Below, piece by piece: positions 57,476-64,000 of a stretch of 64,000 bases of DNA. The position numbers were made by a program, and so were the translations under genes. Source of the DNA: Candidatus Wirthbacteria bacterium (GTDB taxonomy: Bacteria > Patescibacteriota > CG2-30-54-11); the NCBI GenBank assembly GCA_903889905.1, contig CAISZI010000046.1:853-64852 (forward strand), read 5' to 3'. How positions within the stretch are numbered: position 1 is the stretch's first letter; every line of letters begins with the position of its first letter. A model generated the notes under the pieces. That model made no database searches. It saw nothing but the letters and a program-made list of their open reading frames with translations, and was not told where the DNA came from.

Positions 57476-57843
57476 GGGGAGAAACAGTTTTAGGTGCGGC
57501 CGGTTCGCGCCCATACAATAGTTGACGGCATTGAATAGAACTTCCGACAGTGTCGCTAGGTTCCTGCTTTTTACGACCTCACCTAAAACTGTTTCTCCCC
57601 TGAGCTTCTTTTTTGTTCACATAATCTGACCCGTCCAGAAACAAGACTTTTCCGGATTCATTCTGCCTCCGTCTCCGCCCGACCAACGCCTGATCATGAA
57701 ACACCACGGCCCACCCGAGCCTGTTTCCGGGTGCGACCGTAAAAAGCAGGAACCTAGCGAATAGAACGGAAGAATTATTCACCCGCCATCAATCTCCGGA
57801 CGGGCGCGAATCGGGCGTACCCGGAAACAGGCTCGGGTGGGCC
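57476..57843. repeat. Chain of three interleaved perfect inverted-repeat pairs: A/A' 21 bp (57476-57496 / 57580-57600), B/B' 22 bp (57554-57575 / 57738-57759), C/C' 25 bp (57708-57732 / 57819-57843)
   Basis: Reverse complements checked by hand. Order is A..B A'..C B'..C', and each right arm is preceded within 5 bp by the left arm of the next pair. A' is followed by a T-run. Confidence 0.6.
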
Positions 57844-57868
57844 GGAACTCTCCCTTCCCAAAAAGATA

Positions 57869-57903
57869 CAAAAAAGGCGCCCCGTCATCCGACAGGGCGC
57901 CTT
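57869..57903 (-). terminator. Rho-independent terminator for the VirB2-like gene (GGCGCCC/GGGCGCC stem plus T-run on the minus strand)
   Basis: Minus strand reads AAGGCGCCCtgtcggatgacgGGGCGCCTTTTTTTG. Confidence 0.55.
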
Positions 57904-57928
57904 GGCAGAATGCAGTGGAAATCGAAAA

Positions 57929-58357
57929 CTATTGGACGGGGACAAACCCGGCGTTGGTGACGATGTTTTTGTTGACGCCCAGCAGTGAGAAGACGAGGTT
58001 GACGGCCAGGTAGCCGATGACGGCAATGGCGATACCGATAATGGCGTGGGTGATGCCTTCCTTAGCTTCACCGGCTTTTTTGGAGTCGCCACCGGCGGTC
58101 ACGTATTTGACACCAGCGAGCAACATATAAATCACGGCCAGAACGCCAATGAAACCCATCATGTAGTTGAGCAAATTATTGATCAGCACACGCAGGTCGG
58201 TGACGCCCTGGATCGGGTTGGTCAGGGAAAAGGTGGAAGATGCGGCAGCCGGAGCGGCGGCAGGAGCAGCAGGTGCCGCAAATGCTACGCTCACTGACAC
58301 CATGGTGCCCACCACAAACGTCTGCACTGCGACAATTGCCTTGTTGAGTTTTTTCAT
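57929..58357 (-). CDS. TrbC/VirB2-like small membrane protein (pilin-like: signal peptide plus two TM)
   Basis: Ala/Pro-rich signal region followed by two hydrophobic helices, 142 aa. Confidence 0.5.
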   Translation of the reverse strand: MKKLNKAIVAVQTFVVGTMVSVSVAFAAPAAPAAAPAAASSTFSLTNPIQGVTDLRVLINNLLNYMMGFIGVLAVIYMLLAGVKYVTAGGDSKKAGEAKEGITHAIIGIAIAVIGYLAVNLVFSLLGVNKNIVTNAGFVPVQ

Positions 58358-58530
58358 TGACGATTTCTCCTTGTCAAGATTGTTGGCTAATTACCTGATA
58401 AAAGATAGCTGCTTTTGGTAGCAAAGTCAACGCCCATAGGCACTCATGCAGAAACAGGCATTTTGGTTTATCTTTGCTCAAATTGGCTAAATCCATTATA
58501 ATTAAAAGATTTAGATTTGCAATAAAGGAA

Positions 58531-59043
58531 ATGACACCCGCCGTGCAACAAGTCCACCACACCGTTGATACCATTTTTGCCCTCAGCCCGCTCATCCACG
58601 AGCAGACCAGTTTTTATACCAAACGCCGTGGCAATTTGTTTGAGCGCACCTTTGGGCTGTGCGATTTGATGACGACACTGGCCCTGGACAAGCTCAGCGA
58701 TGCCCCGGCACTCAAAACCGCCTTTGTTGGCATCCAGATCCCCAAACGTACCATGCACCAACGCCTGACACATACCTCACACACAATTGGCCTGATTTAT
58801 GGCTTTGAGCATCCCCAGGAACGCGAGCAAGTCGTGTGGTTTGATTATGCCTGCGCCCAGTACGGCATCAACCAGGAAGTGCTCTGCAAAGTGCTGGATC
58901 GTGAACAGTTATACCTGGATCTGCGCCGCACCTATGGCGGCGGCATCTGGCAACCTGGGGGTAACTGGCTGGCGCACATTGACCTCAAACTGATCCATAA
59001 ACTCTTTCCCGACCCGTTGGATTTGACCACAAAAAACCTCTAA
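58531..59043 (+). CDS. Hypothetical protein (170 aa)
   Basis: ORF with an RBS-like AAAGGAA. The tracked ORF starts earlier at a TTG. Confidence 0.4.
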   Translation: MTPAVQQVHHTVDTIFALSPLIHEQTSFYTKRRGNLFERTFGLCDLMTTLALDKLSDAPALKTAFVGIQIPKRTMHQRLTHTSHTIGLIYGFEHPQEREQVVWFDYACAQYGINQEVLCKVLDREQLYLDLRRTYGGGIWQPGGNWLAHIDLKLIHKLFPDPLDLTTKNL

Positions 59044-59096
59044 ATCGCACTGTGGTATACTACTAACGCTTGATTTATTGCGACTTGAGGTTGGGT

Positions 59097-59615
59097 ATGA
59101 ATTTAAGTGGACAGTCGGTGCTGATGATCATTGCTCCTGCGAACTTTCGCGACGAAGAATATTTTGAACCCAAACAAATCCTGGAAAGCGCTGGCGCTCG
59201 TGTTGTCACGGCCAGCACCCTGCCTATCGCCACCAGCCAGGATGGCAAAACCCAAAAAGTGGATATGATGCTGGGTGAAATCCTCACCCCGGATTTTGAC
59301 GCCGTGCTGTTCGTTGGTGGCAGCGGTTCTTCGGTCTATTTCTCGATGGTCAAAGCGCACAAAATCGCCCACCAGTACCTCGACAGCGGCAAAGTCGTCG
59401 GCGCCATCTGTGCCGCCCCCACCATCCTGGCCAATGCCGGCATGCTGGAAGGCAAACAAGCCACCAGCTTTCCTGACCAGGAAGCGGCTTTACGCAAAAA
59501 AGGCGCCAATTACACTGGCACAGCCATCGAGGTTGACGGTCGCATCATTACCGCGAGCGGCCCCGAAGCAGCCAAACAGTTTGGTAATGCTGTGGCCAAG
59601 GCGCTTGCATCCTAA
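59097..59615 (+). CDS. DJ-1/PfpI-family protein
   Basis: LFVGGSG, the nucleophile elbow AICAAP and a class-I GATase-like fold. RBS GAGG. Confidence 0.8.
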   Translation: MNLSGQSVLMIIAPANFRDEEYFEPKQILESAGARVVTASTLPIATSQDGKTQKVDMMLGEILTPDFDAVLFVGGSGSSVYFSMVKAHKIAHQYLDSGKVVGAICAAPTILANAGMLEGKQATSFPDQEAALRKKGANYTGTAIEVDGRIITASGPEAAKQFGNAVAKALAS

Positions 59616-59667
59616 GCAGTTCAACCGACATTCACCCAACAACGTTCCCCCTGCGGAACGTTGTTTT

Positions 59668-60468
59668 TTATTTCCAGGGCCAGACAAGTACAATCGCGCC
59701 CAAAACCATCAGATAAACACCAAACGGCACGAGTGTGTGTTTGCGGAAAAAGTTCAGCAGCCACCGGATTACGGCAAAGCTCACCAGCGCGGACACGACA
59801 AAACCAACGACAAGCGCACCGGTGGGAAACGCCACAACATCCTTGCCTTTGACCACGTCCCAGGCCGTTTTGGCTGCGGCACCGGCAATCGCCACCATAC
59901 CGAGGAAAAAAGAATACTTCGCTGCGTTGGCGTGGCTGAGTCCAAGTCGTGTGCCCGTCCAGGTCGTGCTTCCCGAACGGCTCACACCAGGAAACAGCGC
60001 CATGACCTGCGCCAGGCCAATGGTGAGTGCTTGTTTCCAGCCAGGTTGGTCCTGCGCACCGGGTTTAACAGCCAGGAATTTGGTCGTCAGCGCATACACG
60101 CTGCCGGCGCAAAGCATAAACAGCCCGACCCAGCGCACGTCGCGAAAATGTTCCTCGATTTTGCTGCCCAGCACCGCACCGGCAATCACTGCCGGAATGG
60201 AACCGATCAACACGACCCAGGCAAACCGCCGTGCTTCTGCGTCTTTGGTAATGCCAAAAAACGCCAGAAACAATTTTTTGATGTCCTGCCAAAAATAAAC
60301 CACCAGCGCGAGCAGTGACCCGGCGTGCAGTACGATGTCAAATTTGAGGCCAGGATCGGTCCAGCCCAAGAGGCGGGGAATGATGACCAGGTGTCCGGAA
60401 CTGCTGATCGGCAGGAACTCGGCGATGCCCTGGACAATGGCGAGGACGACGGCTTGGATATAATGCAT
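59668..60468 (-). CDS. uppP: Undecaprenyl-diphosphate phosphatase (UppP/BacA)
   Basis: GIAEFLPISSSGHL and FPGVSRSGST motifs. Confidence 0.9.
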   Translation of the reverse strand: MHYIQAVVLAIVQGIAEFLPISSSGHLVIIPRLLGWTDPGLKFDIVLHAGSLLALVVYFWQDIKKLFLAFFGITKDAEARRFAWVVLIGSIPAVIAGAVLGSKIEEHFRDVRWVGLFMLCAGSVYALTTKFLAVKPGAQDQPGWKQALTIGLAQVMALFPGVSRSGSTTWTGTRLGLSHANAAKYSFFLGMVAIAGAAAKTAWDVVKGKDVVAFPTGALVVGFVVSALVSFAVIRWLLNFFRKHTLVPFGVYLMVLGAIVLVWPWK

Positions 60469-60544
60469 GTTTACATTCCTTCTGTGTTAATAACTATCGT
60501 TCATAAACCAATGATAAAATAAACAAGCACAGTATGTTTTCATC

Positions 60545-61948
60545 TCAGAATCCCGTACTTTTTTCTAATTTACATTTTTTTGCTGACTTATTTATCCATT
60601 GATTGGCAAAGCTAAAAATAACTGCGAGCACCATGATGGCCTCCCCGCTCTGAGTACTCATTGTTTCAACGATAAAAAGGAAAATAGTCAGAAAAATAAA
60701 CCAATTCAAATCCAACACAACTGCAAGCAGCAGGATAATCCAATTGAAGTACCAAGCTTGAAACCAAGGGGTACCGAAGGCAAAAATAAGACAAAAAGGC
60801 AAAGTGTAGGCTTTGAGGATCTCTCTGCGACGCACCAACCAAAGCATCCACAATCCACCCACGCCAAAACAAAAAATTCTCAACGTAAAGCTGTCTTTTA
60901 ATGGCCAAATGCTTAGCATTATGTTTGTTCCGATTAATCCCCCTTCAATACCTACCTTACTGGCCTCCTGACGAAGTTGCGAAAACACCTTCCACGAAAT
61001 CCCCCCAAAAGGTAGATAAAGTATCCAGGCCAAAACAACAAAACCACCAATAAGTATTGCCGTCTTCAAAACTTTTTTTCTTATTTCACATCGTTCCTGC
61101 CAAATTGCAACAATCGGTATTGGCAATAAATACCATGAAAAATATTTTACAAAGCCGACGACAATTAAACTCCAACCACTCAAAAAATATTTTTTTTGTA
61201 AATACAACCAATAGCTCAATATGATGCCGGTCATCATCCAAATGTCATTGTGCAGATCAAAAAACAGCGACTGCATGAGAAACGGACTAAATGCCGCGGC
61301 CGCCAGCGTCTGAAACTGCCGCAGGGAACTAACGCGGTGCTTTTGGAGAATTCGCCACAGACAGAACATACTCACCCCAAACAACCCAATGGCAATGACT
61401 CTCTGCCCAATCAATACCACAGGTAAACTCTCCGAAAGTCGCGTCAAAGGTGCTGTCGTCAATACCAGCAAAGGTCCATAGACCATTTTGGACCCCCACC
61501 AGTCTTTATTGTATTGCGACCAGCTGTCAAAACGAAGCTGCTCGGCAGTTGTTGTGTAGGGCGACAACTGATATTCACTGTAACCGCGAACCGAAAGCAA
61601 AATCCAATAATCATCATTGGAAACGTTCGGCCGCGCGGGCAAAACCACGAGCATGGTGATAGCCCAAATCCCGACTAACCAGAGAACCAGTTGACGACTA
61701 ACGGTAACCACAAGACCCAACTGCCTGACCATCCACACATAAATCAGGACAATAACTCCGAGACTGACCAAATATGTGTTCATGTTAATGATCCGCTGAA
61801 ACACGAACCACTCATAAACCCCATAAACCAAAACAAGCACACCAGCGCTCAGCGCTAACCAGTATTCATTGTTCTGCCTGGCCATCCAACGCCCCAAAAA
61901 CTGCTTCATGTGCAACCTCAGCAAATCCTGTAAAAGCACCCAACGCAT
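60545..61948 (-). CDS. Polytopic membrane protein, putative GT-C glycosyl/mannosyltransferase (DUF2029-like)
   Basis: More than 10 TM helices. An alternative start is MKQFLG at 61906. Confidence 0.5.
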   Translation of the reverse strand: MRWVLLQDLLRLHMKQFLGRWMARQNNEYWLALSAGVLVLVYGVYEWFVFQRIINMNTYLVSLGVIVLIYVWMVRQLGLVVTVSRQLVLWLVGIWAITMLVVLPARPNVSNDDYWILLSVRGYSEYQLSPYTTTAEQLRFDSWSQYNKDWWGSKMVYGPLLVLTTAPLTRLSESLPVVLIGQRVIAIGLFGVSMFCLWRILQKHRVSSLRQFQTLAAAAFSPFLMQSLFFDLHNDIWMMTGIILSYWLYLQKKYFLSGWSLIVVGFVKYFSWYLLPIPIVAIWQERCEIRKKVLKTAILIGGFVVLAWILYLPFGGISWKVFSQLRQEASKVGIEGGLIGTNIMLSIWPLKDSFTLRIFCFGVGGLWMLWLVRRREILKAYTLPFCLIFAFGTPWFQAWYFNWIILLLAVVLDLNWFIFLTIFLFIVETMSTQSGEAIMVLAVIFSFANQWINKSAKKCKLEKSTGF

Positions 61949-62039
61949 TCCATACTAAAACAAACCCCTCTCCTATTGCAAAAAACACATTTCGGAGCTA
62001 TACTCATACTCGATCAACGTTATTAAGGTCGGTGCTGAT

Positions 62040-62177
62040 ATGGAATACTCCCAAAATCCTATCACCGCTGCAGTCGAAGCCTTTATGATGATTGTCGTGG
62101 AAGTAATTTCGGCAATCATTGTTGGACTTGTGGAAGCCATTATCATCGGCACGGTTGGCTGGATGGATATTTTTTAA
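62040..62177 (+). CDS. Possible 45-aa hydrophobic peptide (MEYSQNPITAAVEAFMMIVVEVISAIIVGLVEAIIIGTVGWMDIF)
   Basis: Own translation, below the ORF-track length cutoff. It has a single TM helix and a weak RBS-like AAGGT. Confidence 0.25.
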   Translation: MEYSQNPITAAVEAFMMIVVEVISAIIVGLVEAIIIGTVGWMDIF

Positions 62178-62237
62178 TCCGTTCTTAATCCTTTACCCGC
62201 TATACTTGACTTGCCTAAATTCAATTTGAGGCAAGCC

Positions 62238-62951
62238 ATGTTGGGTAAATTATCGACCTTCAGTTTCGGCAAATTGCTTTCCACGATCAGTATCCTGGCC
62301 ACCGCCTCCACGACAGTCGTAACCGGTGCTGTTTTTTTACATCAGATTACCAAACCCATCACGCCAACACCTGTCCAGCAGGTTTCCTCCACGCTGAACA
62401 GCAATACTGTTGCCGAGGGTACGCTCCAGCGGATTACCACGCCACTCTCGCTGCCACAACCAGAAACACCAAATCCATCGGCACCAGTAGCTGCCAATAT
62501 TGCTCCAACAGATACGTCTGCCCAGACGCAATCCGTCACGCCCAGCGCACCACAGAGGCTATCCGCTGCGATTGAAAACACCACACCCAAAACCGATACC
62601 ATCTCGGACAAATCCGCCGATAACACACCATCGCCACCCCCTGTGGTACCTCCTGCGCTACCGCCCGGCACCAAAACGTTCACCCTGGCGCAACTGGCGA
62701 CTGACAATGGACAAAATGGGCTGTGTTATGTCGCCCATGCCGGTACGGTCTATGACGTCAGCACAAATCCGTTTTGGGTTGGATGCCAGCACCATAGCGC
62801 GCATGGAGGCACCGACATCACGGCGATTTTTCCGCATCCCCTCAGTCGGCTGGCAGGGATACCCATTGTCGGCACATTGATAACCGCAAGCGGAACACCG
62901 GTTTCGACACCCGTTCGAACGCACCACGAAGACAGCGGTAACGACGATTAA
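62238..62951 (+). CDS. Membrane-anchored protein with a C-terminal cytochrome b5-like heme-binding domain
   Basis: N-terminal TM and Pro/Thr linker, then FTLAQLATDNGQNGLCYVAHAGTVYDVS...HSAHGGTD (cyt b5 fold). RBS GAGG before the ATG at 62238. Confidence 0.6.
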   Translation: MLGKLSTFSFGKLLSTISILATASTTVVTGAVFLHQITKPITPTPVQQVSSTLNSNTVAEGTLQRITTPLSLPQPETPNPSAPVAANIAPTDTSAQTQSVTPSAPQRLSAAIENTTPKTDTISDKSADNTPSPPPVVPPALPPGTKTFTLAQLATDNGQNGLCYVAHAGTVYDVSTNPFWVGCQHHSAHGGTDITAIFPHPLSRLAGIPIVGTLITASGTPVSTPVRTHHEDSGNDD

Positions 62952-62971
62952 ACAAAAACAAAGGTAGAAGT

Positions 62972-64000
62972 ATGGGATATCTCTTTCTGGGAACCGCAAC
63001 GTTCATCTCCACACTATGGTGGCTGCTTGCCAAGCCCAACCTCCATATCATGGCGCTAGTGCCATGGCTAAGCCTAAGCCAATACCTGGCCGTAATCGGC
63101 GCCACGCTGCTCGCTTTTAACTTTGTCCTGGCCGTCCGCTCGCGTTGGGTGGAAGACCGCTTTGGCGGGCTGGATAAAGTTTATAAGGCGCATCACCTGA
63201 CCGGGGCGCTTGCGACCATTTTCCTCATTAACCACCCGATCATGCTGGCGCTCAATATCATGCCACTTTACAAAGTGGCGCTGCTGTATTTTATTCCCAA
63301 TGTCTCGCAACTTGCCTACGCTTCCGGCATTTTGTCGCTGTACATCATGATCGTGCTTCTGCTACTAACGCTTTATGTCAAACTGCCTTATCCGCTCTGG
63401 CTCAAAACCCACAAGCTCATGGGCGTGCCGCTGCTGCTGGGCGCGCTCCATATGGTCCTGATTACCAGCGACATTTCACGTTATTTGCCGTTACGCCTGT
63501 GGCTACTGGGGCTGATGGGTATCGCCTTGATGGCCTATTTATACAAACTGGTGCTTTATCGGTTCCTGGGCCCCAAACGTAATTACCGCGTCACCGACGT
63601 TGTCACCAATGGCCCGTTTACCATGCTCGGCATGGTGCCCCAAAACAAATCACTGCAGTTCCGCGCCGGCCAATTCGCCTTTCTTTCCCTCCACAACCGC
63701 GTCATTGGCCGCGAAGCTCACCCGTACTCCTTTGCCTCGGCACAGCATGAACCGACGCTCTACTTCGTGGTCAAGAGCCTGGGCGACTACACCCGCAAAC
63801 TGCCTGAGGCCAAAGTCGGTGACAAGGTAACCTTGTTTGGCCCCTATGGACGACTGGGCGACAAAATGCTGATGAGCGATCGCCGCTGCATCTGGATTTG
63901 TGGCGGTGTCGGTATCACGCCCTTCTTGAGCCTGATGCATTCGGTTCGGCACGATCAGCAGGTGGATTGGTTTTATAGCGTCAACAAGCGCCCGGAAGCG
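62972..64000 (+). CDS. Ferric-reductase-like transmembrane domain fused to FNR-type FAD/NAD(P)-binding domain; partial (3' end beyond the window)
   Basis: Own translation of an open frame. It has TM helices carrying conserved His, then HPYSFAS (FAD) and IWICGGVGITPF (NAD). RBS AAAGG. Confidence 0.7.
   Translation, partial: MGYLFLGTATFISTLWWLLAKPNLHIMALVPWLSLSQYLAVIGATLLAFNFVLAVRSRWVEDRFGGLDKVYKAHHLTGALATIFLINHPIMLALNIMPLYKVALLYFIPNVSQLAYASGILSLYIMIVLLLLTLYVKLPYPLWLKTHKLMGVPLLLGALHMVLITSDISRYLPLRLWLLGLMGIALMAYLYKLVLYRFLGPKRNYRVTDVVTNGPFTMLGMVPQNKSLQFRAGQFAFLSLHNRVIGREAHPYSFASAQHEPTLYFVVKSLGDYTRKLPEAKVGDKVTLFGPYGRLGDKMLMSDRRCIWICGGVGITPFLSLMHSVRHDQQVDWFYSVNKRPEA

Overview
This 64-kb window is a gene-dense, mostly ~55-60% GC bacterial chromosome segment. 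Its gene content looks like a small-genome, possibly Patescibacteria/CPR-like organism; that is inference from content only. Housekeeping blocks read clearly: an OmpR-type two-component system; purS-purL fusion plus purQ; an mreB-mreC-mreD-mrdA-dnaB cell-shape/replication cluster; scpB; a D-Ala-D-Ala carboxypeptidase; proS; mscL; rseP; uppP; two tandem PilT-family ATPases; a MacB-like ABC transporter; two FemAB paralogs; several HAD phosphatases; DJ-1/PfpI; and a cytochrome b5 plus ferric-reductase pair. Several accessory or anomalous segments stand out between them. (1) A compact candidate RiPP locus: a 551-aa HExxH protein, a 69-aa Cys-containing peptide, and a radical-SAM/SPASM maturase with an N-terminal RRE-like extension. 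(2) A tRNA-Gly(TCC) locus rearranged around a small GIY-YIG endonuclease gene, with split and duplicated tRNA halves carrying a GC-rich tandem insert. (3) A ~2.7-kb insertion after a Cof-type HAD gene, bracketed by a diverged duplicate of that gene's 3' end. (4) A 370-bp intergenic region made of three interleaved 21-25-bp perfect inverted-repeat pairs. (5) A low-GC block of orphan genes, one with an in-frame TGA, next to a frameshifted AstE/AspA-family gene. (6) A CuA-type cupredoxin lipoprotein downstream of an Fe-S Rrf2 regulator, with a 28-bp perfect palindrome in its promoter. No rRNA or CRISPR array was seen. Many long antisense ORFs in the six-frame track are artefacts of high-GC coding regions and are not reported.
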